A stretch of 64,000 nt of DNA from an uncultured Chitinophagaceae bacterium (GTDB taxonomy: Bacteria > Bacteroidota > Ignavibacteria > UBA10030 > UBA8401). A model generated the notes under the pieces. It was not told the origin of the DNA. It made no database searches and worked only from the letters and a program-made list of their open reading frames with translations. The DNA lies in NCBI GenBank assembly GCA_964642725.1, contig CAZXQG010000012.1, positions 6,163-70,162 of the forward strand. Direction: 5' to 3'. Shown piece after piece: positions 44,879 through 54,442 of the stretch (the first letter of the stretch is position 1; each line of letters opens with the position of its first letter). The position numbers were made by a program, and so were the translations under genes.

Positions 44879-46363
44879 TTACTTCGACCGCATTTTCGCC
44901 AAAAGTTCAACTATCGAAACGCTCGCGATGCGTGTCGCACGGTCTGACATCGCGTACGGTATGATTAATCTTCCGTTGTGTGCGATTGCGCCGCAAGTAT
45001 AGACAACGTTCGGCACATATCCTTCTCGTTCCGATGCATCCGGCGCAATGAGCGGTCCCTTGAGCCTCCCGATTACTTTCGCAGGATTGTCAAGGTCGAG
45101 CAGGATAGCTCCGATGCAGTATTTTCTTACCGGACCAACGCCATGCGTCAGCAGGATCCATCCTTTGTCGGTTTCGATTGGCGAGCCGCAATTCCCTATC
45201 TGCGTGAATTCCCAGGGGGCACTGGGCTGCATCAAGGGTGCAGGGGCGTTCCATTGATAAACATTATCGGAGAAGACAATATAGAGGTTTTCGGCATCGT
45301 GCCTTGATACCAGGGCATACCTGCCGTTGATTTTTCTCGGGAAGAGCGCCATCCCTTTGTTCTTTGCGGCGTCCCCGCTCAACGAGTTGATCCTGAAACG
45401 GACGAAATCTGTCGTTTCAAGAAGCAGAGGCATAATGATCTCGCCGTCGTACGCCGTGTATGTGGAATAATAGGTTACGGTGCCGTCATCATCGGTGAAG
45501 CGCACAAACCGCGCATCTTCAATTCCGTTGGATTCAAAGGACGAAACGGGAAAAATTGCCCGTTCCGAAAGAGGGATTTGCGCCGAAAAATCTATTTCAT
45601 AGTTAAGCTCGAGCAGCGATTCGAGAGCCTCGATAGCGCGGCGCTGACCGGCCGAAAGTTTTCCGCCGCGCTTTTTCAATCGTGCAATTTTTTCCGCTAA
45701 CTGAGATCGTGTAAATTTTGCCGGCAGAGGTTTGACAATCTCTTTCATCGAAGAACTCCGGCGGTCTCCGTTTTGAAGTTTGCTGAAGAACTCGGACGCG
45801 TTGAATGTCGGATCCGGATTCACCGTCGGAGTAACGACGAGCTTGCCCGTCGAGTCAAACGAGACTTCACCTTCCCCGTCAATAATGCCTGTTCGAAACT
45901 CGATAGACGAGATATGCCCTTCTCCGGTCGCACGCAAGCTCATAATGAATCGAAGTGCTTCCGGCACCAATCCGCTCTGGTCATAGTGAGGAACTATTGA
46001 AGGATTGAACAGCGCAGCTGCCTCCAACGAATATTCACAGGTAAAATATGAGCCGAGGAGCAGCCGCTTCACTTTTGAGAGCTCAGTGCGAGACGGCAGA
46101 AAAAGCTTCACCCGCTCGTAGCCCAGCCTGAACGTTTCTTCGAGATTCCGATGACGGTCCCGGAATTCAGCAAATACCGTATCGAGGATATTCCTGGACT
46201 CCGCATCGGTCAATTCCGCTACCCGCCGCACAAGCCCCTTCATTCTCGACAAATATCCGGGACTGAGCGGAGTAACAGGAACAAACGGTTTGATGATAAC
46301 CCGCGAAATATCGGGTTCGATCAGCACGGCTTGCCGCCGCACTTCGAGTTCTTCCCTCTTCAT
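44879..46363 (-). CDS. GH130-like glycosidase/phosphorylase with ~260-aa N-terminal extension
   Basis: 494 aa. The C-terminal ~230 aa carry beta-propeller GH130-type stretches (GIEDARFVRF, MALFPRKINGRYALVSRHD, NCGSPIETDKGWILLTHGVG, YCIGAILLDLDNPAKVIGR, EREGYVPNVVYTCGAI, IPYAMSDRATRIASV). Confidence 0.7.
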   Translation of the reverse strand: MKREELEVRRQAVLIEPDISRVIIKPFVPVTPLSPGYLSRMKGLVRRVAELTDAESRNILDTVFAEFRDRHRNLEETFRLGYERVKLFLPSRTELSKVKRLLLGSYFTCEYSLEAAALFNPSIVPHYDQSGLVPEALRFIMSLRATGEGHISSIEFRTGIIDGEGEVSFDSTGKLVVTPTVNPDPTFNASEFFSKLQNGDRRSSSMKEIVKPLPAKFTRSQLAEKIARLKKRGGKLSAGQRRAIEALESLLELNYEIDFSAQIPLSERAIFPVSSFESNGIEDARFVRFTDDDGTVTYYSTYTAYDGEIIMPLLLETTDFVRFRINSLSGDAAKNKGMALFPRKINGRYALVSRHDAENLYIVFSDNVYQWNAPAPLMQPSAPWEFTQIGNCGSPIETDKGWILLTHGVGPVRKYCIGAILLDLDNPAKVIGRLKGPLIAPDASEREGYVPNVVYTCGAIAHNGRLIIPYAMSDRATRIASVSIVELLAKMRSK

Positions 46364-46421
46364 AAAGCGTACCTTCTTTCTGGTTGAACAATTCTCCCGA
46401 TCGTCAAACGCCGCATGATCC

Positions 46422-48869
46422 TCACAGCGCTCGAAGTCTGAGCCTTTCTCTAATCAAATTTTGCGGCAACCGCGAGATGATCCTGACAGCTTTCGGAATT
46501 CCCGCATCGAGGTCGAAATAATTGTCATCCATTTCGGCATCTTCGTTCTCGATTTCCATCCTGATGTTTTTTTTCAGCCCGGATGATCTCAACGTCACAA
46601 CGTAAGCGTCATTATCAGCATTCGCTAATTGGAATTCGACATTCGACAATGGGAAGTGCATATGTTTCGGCTCGACCAAAAAATGCCTGTTTTCAGAGAG
46701 GACAATATCGTCCTTTTTCAAGTAAGCCAAAAAGTACGATCTCGTCGGGTCAACATGGGTATATTCCGCGGAGGCGATTTTTATGAGTAGTTTCGATGCG
46801 TTGCGGCCGACAATCACCTGTGCTGTCTTCGACAACGCTACAGGCCCATCGAACGAGCGCAAAGTGACCTCGATCGTCGCGTTCAAAGGTGCGAGCATAT
46901 CGGATGTTCCCCAGACCTCTATCTGTGTTCCCGTATTCCTGAAACTCACAAGCACCGGTGCCAGAAATTTCTTTGCATAATAGTATGCCGCTTTGGGGCG
47001 CAGTGCGCTGTCGATAACCGACCAGCTCGTCACCGGCCAGCAGTCGTTGAGCTGCCAGAATAGAGATCCGGCGGTATTAAATTTTCGCCGCCTCCAATGT
47101 TCGACGGCAGTCCTCAATGCTTCTGCCTGAATTAGCTGCCCCTTATAGATAAAATCGGCGAGGTCTGTTCCTACATTCACGTGGCCGGCCTGAAAACGAT
47201 ACAGCCGTTCGGTCCCTTCGGGGAGTTTATTATGATGTTCCATCACCCGGCTTTGCGGATTGAGGTCGAGGAGGGTCATCATCGATTCATATGTTTTTAC
47301 ATTCGGGGGAGCCTGGAAACCGAATTCCGTTACAAACCGTGCTGTGTCCTTCTCATATTCTTTGTAATCCTTCCATCTCGCCCACATTTCCCATTGGTGA
47401 TGATTGCCGTTCGATTCATCATTCGGAAATCCTTTTCCGAACGGAGAACTCCGCCAATATGGTCGTGTTCCGTCGAACTTGCCGCAAATTGACGGGAGAA
47501 GAGTCTTAAAGATTTTTGATCCCGTCATTTCATCCGGCGACTTGCCTGGATTGTGCTGGCAGAAGATCCATTCGCATTCATTGTTGCCGCACCAGAGAAC
47601 GATGCTCGGATGGTTCCGTAACCGCTTGACGGCCTTTTCGGCCTCATCGCTCACCAGTTTCATGAACCAGGAATCTTCCGGATACTCGGCGCAGGCAAAC
47701 ATGAAATCCTGCCACACCATCAGACCGAGGCGGTCGCAGAGTTTATAGAATATTTCCTGTTCATAGATCCCGCCGCCCCACACGCGAAGCATGTTCATGT
47801 TTGCAGATTTCGCCATGCCGAGCAGCTTTTCGTACGTGGCGTCGGTGATTCGCGGAATGAACGAATCGCTTGGGATCCAATCGGCGCCTTTGCAGAAAAT
47901 TTTTTCTCCGTTCATTTCGATGATGAAGGACGTCCCTTCCTTGTCGGGCTCCTGGAGCAATCGAACTGTGCGGAGGGCAAAAGGAACTTCGAGCCGCTCA
48001 ACTTCTTCATCCTTTGACACGAGAGAAAATATAGCGCGGTACATTGGCTGTTCGCCGTATCCGCTCGGCCACCAGCGCTGCGGCTTTTTTATGCGGAGTC
48101 GAAATTTCATCTCTCCCTTTTTCGCACGGCGCTGATCCGTAACGATCACTTTTTCGCTGCAAATTTCGGTCTGCAACCGCAGAGCATCCGCAACAAACAA
48201 TGAGACGGCGAGCGACAATTCGACAACAGCTTCATTCTTCGTTAGAGAAACAACCTTTACGAACGGTGATTGCAAGACCCCCTGTGAATGGGCTTCCAGC
48301 CTTATGCCGCGCCAGATGCCCGATGTCGTCAACCGCGGCCCCCAGTCCCAGCCGAACGAGTACTGCGCCTTCCGCGCATACATGCGGTGCTGTTCATGAT
48401 TGGCGGCGAGCACACCATGTTTCTTTTCCAAGGCTTTCGACCGCTTCACGGGAGAATCGAAAAGAATCTCGATAAGATTTTTCCCGGTCCGTAAAAGTTC
48501 TTTGACATTGAACCGGTGTTCGACAAACATATCTGCCGTTGTCCCTGCCAGCGTACCGTTGATGCGGATGGATGCATACGTGTCCAGCCCTTCCGCCGCC
48601 AGTTCGATGCGTTTCTCTTTAAGAAAGTCTTCATCGACTTCAAATTCGCGGCGATAGACCCATTGCTGCAAATCGACCCATTGAACTTGTTCCTCGTTCA
48701 TCCGGTAGAACGGGTCGGGAATTTTTCCATTCGCTAAAAGATCAGTGTGTACGGTGCCGGGAACGGTGCCGCTTATCCACTCGGTGATGCCGGAAACATC
48801 CTTTGGAAGGGCCCGATGTTTATCGATAGTCTTGAACTGCCACGTTCCGTTAAGGTCTATTGTTTTCAT
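46422..48869 (-). CDS. beta-mannosidase (GH2)
   Basis: 815 aa. Motifs seen are NMLRVWGGGIYEQEIFYKLCDRLGLMVWQDFMFACAEYPE, IVLWCGNNECEW and FVTEFGFQAPP. No signal peptide is evident. Confidence 0.85.
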   Translation of the reverse strand: MKTIDLNGTWQFKTIDKHRALPKDVSGITEWISGTVPGTVHTDLLANGKIPDPFYRMNEEQVQWVDLQQWVYRREFEVDEDFLKEKRIELAAEGLDTYASIRINGTLAGTTADMFVEHRFNVKELLRTGKNLIEILFDSPVKRSKALEKKHGVLAANHEQHRMYARKAQYSFGWDWGPRLTTSGIWRGIRLEAHSQGVLQSPFVKVVSLTKNEAVVELSLAVSLFVADALRLQTEICSEKVIVTDQRRAKKGEMKFRLRIKKPQRWWPSGYGEQPMYRAIFSLVSKDEEVERLEVPFALRTVRLLQEPDKEGTSFIIEMNGEKIFCKGADWIPSDSFIPRITDATYEKLLGMAKSANMNMLRVWGGGIYEQEIFYKLCDRLGLMVWQDFMFACAEYPEDSWFMKLVSDEAEKAVKRLRNHPSIVLWCGNNECEWIFCQHNPGKSPDEMTGSKIFKTLLPSICGKFDGTRPYWRSSPFGKGFPNDESNGNHHQWEMWARWKDYKEYEKDTARFVTEFGFQAPPNVKTYESMMTLLDLNPQSRVMEHHNKLPEGTERLYRFQAGHVNVGTDLADFIYKGQLIQAEALRTAVEHWRRRKFNTAGSLFWQLNDCWPVTSWSVIDSALRPKAAYYYAKKFLAPVLVSFRNTGTQIEVWGTSDMLAPLNATIEVTLRSFDGPVALSKTAQVIVGRNASKLLIKIASAEYTHVDPTRSYFLAYLKKDDIVLSENRHFLVEPKHMHFPLSNVEFQLANADNDAYVVTLRSSGLKKNIRMEIENEDAEMDDNYFDLDAGIPKAVRIISRLPQNLIRERLRLRAL

Positions 48870-48915
48870 ACGGTTTCTCCATCTGCCAAGAAAGCTTCAA
48901 CCAGATCCAACACTA

Positions 48916-51900
48916 TCACCGCAATAAAATCATTTTCTTTATCAAAACCGAGTTCACGGTCTCGAGCTTATAGTAATAGACTCCGCTTGCGCAATTGACT
49001 CCGTTCCACGCTACGGAGTATTCACCGGCGGCAACTCTCTCACGGACCAACGTCGCAACCTCTCTCCCTAACACGTCGAACACTTTCAGCGTCACGAACC
49101 CCGCCGAAGGAAGAGCAAACCGGATCGTGGTCGACGGATTAAACGGGTTGGGAAAATTCTGAGAGAGAGAGAATTCCGTTGGAAGAACAACGCCCGGCCG
49201 CCTGCCAACCGCGGTGCTGACATCATAGAACGCCGAGATCTGAGATACCGGCAGCATGTAATTATAGATTCGTATGTCGTCGAGAACACCGTCAAAATCA
49301 TAGTTGTTGTCTATCGTGAGGTCCCGGCCGATCGTAAGAGCGGATGTGGTCGTATTGATCGATCCGGAAAAAGATGTAAAGGCGTCGAGCTGGCCGTTCA
49401 GATAAATTTCGAGGTCCGATCCGTTGTAGGTTCCCGTCACATTGTACAAACTATCGAGGAGAAGAGGCATTTGACAATCGAGATCTTTCGGAACTCCCTG
49501 AGAGTTCCTGACGGTCCACCGGAGAGTATTGGTATTCGGTGAAATAGAAAACTTCCAACTGTTCTGCCAGCTCCCGTGAGAGATTGGATATTGCTCCCGT
49601 GTGGGATAAAAAGCTCCTACGGTCATCCAGAAGTTCACCGTGATGCCGTTCTGAAAATTCAGGGCTGAATCATTGGGAACATTGATCGATGCGGTCGCCC
49701 CGTCAAACGCGTAAGCGCTGTTGATATGTCCGAAGCGATCGCTTGTAAATGAGCCGCCGCCACTTGCAGTGCCGTCGTGATGATTACCGCTGGCATCATT
49801 CGTGTTTCCGTTGAATGGATAGTAAGCGACTAAATTGCCGGTCTGCCAATAGGAAAAATCCCTCACTTCCAATCCTGCGCTGTCCACTGCCGTTCCGCCA
49901 TGGCTATCATCAACCGTGCACTGGATGTAATAGTTGCCCGCACTTTGCGGAGCTTGCCAAGAAATGACAGATCCAGCTCCGCTCAGCAATCCCCTGGCAG
50001 CCGACCAGCGATACGTCAACGCATTGCTATCCGGGTCCGTTGCGAAACAAGTAATCGTGCTCGTTGCACCGAGGTCAATTTTCCCCGGCAATGCTTTCAT
50101 TCTTTGAATGACCGGAGGATGATTGATCAATTGTACGACAGAGATCGTGTCCGATGCCGTCACCTGCGCTCCATGAGTATCGCCGACAATGCATCGAACA
50201 ACGTATGTTCCAACCGTGTCCGGCGCGCTCCAGGTAATAAAGGCTCCGCTTCCAACAACGGAACCGCCGGAAGAATTCCATGAATAGGAAAGCGTATCGT
50301 TATCCTTGTCTGTTGCAGTGCAAAAGATGAACGTCGAATGTTTTCTGAGAACGGTGCTGCTGTCGGCGGTAAGACTTTTAATCCTTGGAGGATAGTTCGC
50401 AACCGCATGGCCGGAATGGTAATCGACGACAGTACCGTCGATGAGCATTTGATCAAGATTGTATGTTGGAGTAACCGACGCCGGTGTATTCACGACGAGG
50501 ATAGCACTATTCGCGCTGATTGGCAAGCCAACCACTCCGGAGACATTCGTCAGAATGTACGAATGCGAGACAGCATCGTACAAGTCGTGCTGGCCGGGCC
50601 CCGCATCAAAACTTACAGAATGCTGGATCGAATCCGGACTGAACAACAAGAACGTCGGGTACGCAGCGGCATGAAAATAATCAGTCTTCAGGACGTCCAA
50701 TCGGAGTATCATGGGAACGTCGGTCGTGTCGATGATGCCGCCAAAGATCCCGACATGCGAAGAACCGTACAGTGCAAAGTTGGTCGGGTTACCATTTCCG
50801 ATGGCGTCTCCCGTGGCATACGGTGTGGTGCTGCCATTCTTCTGGCGCATCGATTCGTGCGCGATGAGGGATTGAGGATCGTATTGATGAGACCAGGAAG
50901 CTCCATCCTGATTTTGATCGGGCAAATAATTCGTGTAAAAAAGGCGCGCCGCATTCGCCGCATTCAATACCCACTTTCCGATTGACCGCGCAAACCGCGG
51001 ATCGTATCGAACCATTGGAACGAGCGCGCCAACTTCTTCGAACGTATTCATGACAAACGGATAGGCGTTGCCGCTGCCGTATCCTGTCTCGCCGATGAGC
51101 CCGTCACAATCGTATCCTCCCCACTTTCCAACCGTCACTCCCCACAGCCTGGAATTGTCGCTCCCATCAGAAAAACACCAATTCACAATTTTGGTCATGT
51201 CGTACGTTGTTCCCAGTTCGGCATTCATCCGTGCAGCGATATATGCGCCATACGGCAATTGCAGCTCGTACGACGGATTTGGGTACGCCGTATTTTGATA
51301 CGAAAGCAACGACTCCATCGCCAATTCCGCGCCGACTCTGTATTGCGCTTTGCCCGTTTGAACATAGGCAGAGTAGAGCAGCAATGCAATCGTCCCTCCC
51401 GCTTCCGGCTCAACCCATCCGGAGTTTGTCGGAGTCATCGTGGAGAGGTCCCACGCAGTATGGCTAAGGTTAGCAAGCTTCCACGGTGTCGTACCGGCCC
51501 CCATGGCATTCAGCGCAGCCAGCCATCGATTTGAGACCGTAACAAATTGATTCTGAAAATTCCCCGTGGACGGATACATACTATAGAGTTGGTAGAAAAA
51601 TACATTCGGCATCATATCGTACCACCAATCGCTTCCGCTCGAGCCGCCGGGGCTATTAAGATAGACATCCTCTCCAGGATTCTGATTGAACCAATCCTGG
51701 CATGCCGAAACCCAGTTGTACCCGAACTGATTGGTTTTATCAACGCCGACGAGAGATGCGCTCACAACCGCCGGAATACAGTTTATCGCCTCTTTTGTTT
51801 GCGACGGCAGCTGACCGACATAACTTGAAAGGCTAAAATTCTGACTCACTGACACAAGCGGCAGATATGTACCGGTCAAACTCTGATTGAATACCAGCGA

Positions 51901-52080
51901 ATCGTATCCGACGGCAACGTGATTCCAGTTTCTCATTAAATATGGCGACGGTTTATTCGGCATAAGTTCAATTCTTGCAATCGAAATCTGCTGGGCATCG
52001 GAAATACACGACGCTGCAATCGAAGCCAGGAGAACAATTCCAACAGTCCAATGCACCGATATGTTATTGCAACGGTTCAT
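48916..52080 (-). CDS. T9SS-secreted multidomain protein (unassigned N-terminal domain, 2 PKD/Ig-like repeats, LamG-like domain, C-terminal sorting domain)
   Basis: 1054 aa with a signal peptide. Two Ig/PKD-like repeats are present (LSYSWNSSGGSVVGSGAFITWSAPDTVGTYVVRCIVGDTHG and LTYRWSAARGLLSGAGSVISWQAPQSAGNYYIQCTVDDSHG). A LamG-like domain follows (LVAYYPFNGNTNDASGNHHDG ... DDIRIYN). The T9SS CTD reads NFPNPFNPSTTIRFALPSAGFVTLKVFDVLGREVATLV..GVYYYKLE. Confidence 0.8.
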   Translation of the reverse strand: MNRCNNISVHWTVGIVLLASIAASCISDAQQISIARIELMPNKPSPYLMRNWNHVAVGYDSLVFNQSLTGTYLPLVSVSQNFSLSSYVGQLPSQTKEAINCIPAVVSASLVGVDKTNQFGYNWVSACQDWFNQNPGEDVYLNSPGGSSGSDWWYDMMPNVFFYQLYSMYPSTGNFQNQFVTVSNRWLAALNAMGAGTTPWKLANLSHTAWDLSTMTPTNSGWVEPEAGGTIALLLYSAYVQTGKAQYRVGAELAMESLLSYQNTAYPNPSYELQLPYGAYIAARMNAELGTTYDMTKIVNWCFSDGSDNSRLWGVTVGKWGGYDCDGLIGETGYGSGNAYPFVMNTFEEVGALVPMVRYDPRFARSIGKWVLNAANAARLFYTNYLPDQNQDGASWSHQYDPQSLIAHESMRQKNGSTTPYATGDAIGNGNPTNFALYGSSHVGIFGGIIDTTDVPMILRLDVLKTDYFHAAAYPTFLLFSPDSIQHSVSFDAGPGQHDLYDAVSHSYILTNVSGVVGLPISANSAILVVNTPASVTPTYNLDQMLIDGTVVDYHSGHAVANYPPRIKSLTADSSTVLRKHSTFIFCTATDKDNDTLSYSWNSSGGSVVGSGAFITWSAPDTVGTYVVRCIVGDTHGAQVTASDTISVVQLINHPPVIQRMKALPGKIDLGATSTITCFATDPDSNALTYRWSAARGLLSGAGSVISWQAPQSAGNYYIQCTVDDSHGGTAVDSAGLEVRDFSYWQTGNLVAYYPFNGNTNDASGNHHDGTASGGGSFTSDRFGHINSAYAFDGATASINVPNDSALNFQNGITVNFWMTVGAFYPTREQYPISHGSWQNSWKFSISPNTNTLRWTVRNSQGVPKDLDCQMPLLLDSLYNVTGTYNGSDLEIYLNGQLDAFTSFSGSINTTTSALTIGRDLTIDNNYDFDGVLDDIRIYNYMLPVSQISAFYDVSTAVGRRPGVVLPTEFSLSQNFPNPFNPSTTIRFALPSAGFVTLKVFDVLGREVATLVRERVAAGEYSVAWNGVNCASGVYYYKLETVNSVLIKKMILLR

Positions 52081-53459
52081 CGAGCATATTTCCCGTCACG
52101 CAGCGTCAATGTCCCGGTCGTCTCGTCCAACGCAAGGGTCAATTCATCACCCGACCCATTTCTGAATGTTCCCGTGATCGAGTTTTCGCGCGATGTTTCT
52201 CCGATTTTTTTGTACGTCAGATATTTTTTCGCAATCGGATATCTGTCGATCTCAACGAGAGTATGCAATGCCTCGATGGTCGATTCGGCGCCGGAATTCC
52301 TGTTGAAGGTCAGCGAATCCATAATACCGTCAAAGCATATACCGCTGTGTGAGTTATACATTTGTTGATGCACGATATTATTTCCAAATAACCACGACGC
52401 TGCGAGTCCCGCCATTTTTAGGTATGATTCATTTCTTGTTGCGTCGTATAGTCGAAGAAGCCCCACGGCGATCGGGCGGATGCCGTAAGCTATTTGTTCA
52501 CGGCTGAAATTGCTGTCGGGATGCGCAACATCCAATTCTTTCAGATACCCTTGAATAAGAAGGCGGCTGTAGAAGCCATGGGCTTCACGCTCGCCTGATT
52601 GGATCATAACGCTGTCGTTGAGAAGCAGTCCGGCAATCGCGAGCGCTTGCGTCTGGCCGTTTCCCCACATATGCCACATCGTTTCCCACGACCGATGGAG
52701 TCCGTACGGATACGTCGATGCATTCCCATCCTGCATCTCCATCAGACCTCCGGCCAATTTTTGAATGAAAGATTTTATTCTCGGATCGCCGGTGGCACGG
52801 AAATATTCCGACAATCCAAACAATAATTCCGAGGTTACGTCTGCGCCGGATTCATAGACCAGCCATTCCGGCACTCGAAATTGTCCGCTGTCTTTCGCTT
52901 CCCCATATTTTTTCAGGAGTTCTTCGATGTGCGGAAACGTGCGCACTACTCCAATCTTGAGCCGGGATGCGAATGCCGTATCGATATCTTTGAAAATCCG
53001 GCAGCCGAGCGACATGGACCAGACGCCGCGCGCGGCCCACCAGCCGAACGATTTGTAACTTGTCTTTCCGGTTCGGTTGATGGTATGGTCGGCCAAAACA
53101 AAATTGTAGAACTCGCCGTCGTCTGTCTCCATCGCCAACACAAATTTCAAAAGTGAGCGCGCTTCCGCCAGCTTTGAGCTGTCGTGAGTAAACTCAAATC
53201 GTCGCAACGTGACGACTGCCGCACGGGCGGCATCGTCAACGCATGCAATTCCTTCCGGCCCGGATTCCTTCGCATCAATCCACGCGTAGCCGGGATAATT
53301 CGAATAGATATGAACGATGCTCACCAAGTCGCCGTTTAATTCTATTTTCTCCGTGAGATGTTCAAGGTGTTTGAAATTCACCAGCGATGACTGCTCCTGA
53401 GCCGGCGCGACATACAGACAGAAAACAGAGAATGAGGCAATCTTCAGAAAGTTTTTCAT
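52077..53459 (-). CDS. secreted hypothetical protein, helix-rich (possible alpha/alpha-barrel glycan-active enzyme)
   Basis: The track ORF (530 aa) extends into the upstream kinase gene. The ATG at 53459 overlaps that gene's stop (ATGA) and gives MKNFLKIASFSVFCLYVAPAQEQ, a signal peptide. I recognise no family motif. Confidence 0.6.
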   Translation of the reverse strand: MKNFLKIASFSVFCLYVAPAQEQSSLVNFKHLEHLTEKIELNGDLVSIVHIYSNYPGYAWIDAKESGPEGIACVDDAARAAVVTLRRFEFTHDSSKLAEARSLLKFVLAMETDDGEFYNFVLADHTINRTGKTSYKSFGWWAARGVWSMSLGCRIFKDIDTAFASRLKIGVVRTFPHIEELLKKYGEAKDSGQFRVPEWLVYESGADVTSELLFGLSEYFRATGDPRIKSFIQKLAGGLMEMQDGNASTYPYGLHRSWETMWHMWGNGQTQALAIAGLLLNDSVMIQSGEREAHGFYSRLLIQGYLKELDVAHPDSNFSREQIAYGIRPIAVGLLRLYDATRNESYLKMAGLAASWLFGNNIVHQQMYNSHSGICFDGIMDSLTFNRNSGAESTIEALHTLVEIDRYPIAKKYLTYKKIGETSRENSITGTFRNGSGDELTLALDETTGTLTLRDGKYAR

Positions 53460-54442
53460 CGATATGTAACCTTGTTCGACTTTAAAAATTTGCTCAACAA
53501 CGCCGCATCGGGCAATGCCGGAATAGCGCCGTGTTTTGCTGCGGTAAGCGCACCAACAGCATTCGCAGTGCGGCAGTTCCATATGAGATCGCTCAAAGTT
53601 AACCCTGCAACGGTTTTTCCGCTTCGTACAAGGCCATGCAACAATGCTGCGTAAAACCCGTCCCCGCATCCTGTCGTGTCGGCATTCTTCACGCGGAAAC
53701 CCTTGACAAACCCGGAGTGCTGTGCTGTCCTGAAATAGCAGCCCTTTTCTCCGCGGGTCACTACCACCAGATCCGGTCCCATCGCAACGAACCGAGCCGC
53801 GGCAGCTTCAATATCTTCCGTACCGGAAAGGAATGCGGCTTCCTTGTCATTCATCCGAAGCACGTTCGACAAGCGTACAGCTTTCAGAAGGTTTTTCCGT
53901 GCTTCATCGGCAGACTTCCACAGCGCCAACCGAAGATTCGGGTCGAACGCGATTGCCGCGCCTTCACGCTTCAGTCTCTTCACGATGCGAAAGAGGGAAG
54001 TTCTCGCAGGTTCATGGATCAACAAAAAAGAACTGACCGCAACTATTTTTGACTTTGCAACTCTGTTGATATCCACATCGCGGGGAAGAAGCCGTTCATC
54101 TGCCGGCTTCCTTTCCCAGAATTCAAAATCACGATCACCCGATTTTGTGAGCGAGACAAATGCGAGGCGCGTCTTATGCTCATTGTCGAAACTCATGCCG
54201 GCCGTGTCGACTCCGCAACGGTGAAGTTCCGCGCGCAAGAATTTCCCAAACGGATCAGCACCGACTTTGCCGACAAACGCGGAGCGGGTTCCCAGTTTTG
54301 AAAGCCCTACGGCAACATTTGCCGGGGCGCCTCCGGCAAGTTTTAAAAATCCGCCGGCGTCCGAAAGTGTGACGCCCTTCTCCGCGGAGACAAAATCAAT
54401 CAGCGACTCGCCGATGCATGTTACTTCCGGATACGATTTCAT
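53456..54442 (-). CDS. PfkB-family carbohydrate kinase (fructokinase-like)
   Basis: 328 aa. Motifs seen are CIGESLIDFV, GGAPANVAVGLSKLG and the C-terminal DTTGCGDGFYAALL (PfkB signature 2). Confidence 0.85.
   Translation of the reverse strand: MKSYPEVTCIGESLIDFVSAEKGVTLSDAGGFLKLAGGAPANVAVGLSKLGTRSAFVGKVGADPFGKFLRAELHRCGVDTAGMSFDNEHKTRLAFVSLTKSGDRDFEFWERKPADERLLPRDVDINRVAKSKIVAVSSFLLIHEPARTSLFRIVKRLKREGAAIAFDPNLRLALWKSADEARKNLLKAVRLSNVLRMNDKEAAFLSGTEDIEAAAARFVAMGPDLVVVTRGEKGCYFRTAQHSGFVKGFRVKNADTTGCGDGFYAALLHGLVRSGKTVAGLTLSDLIWNCRTANAVGALTAAKHGAIPALPDAALLSKFLKSNKVTYR

Noticed and set aside
50338-50985. 215-aa plus-strand ORF. The same applies to 57462-58055 (197 aa) and 61007-61693 (228 aa).
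   Set aside because: All three lie antisense inside long, motif-supported minus-strand genes. Their translations are Arg-rich and carry no motifs.
53460-53669. N-terminal extensions of track ORFs (53460-53669, 10287-10385, 42065-42142, 44153-44209, 28980-29003, 34207-34233)
   Set aside because: The extensions start at TTG/GTG codons, overlap upstream genes or a terminator, and precede obvious signal peptides or canonical N-termini that begin at an internal ATG.
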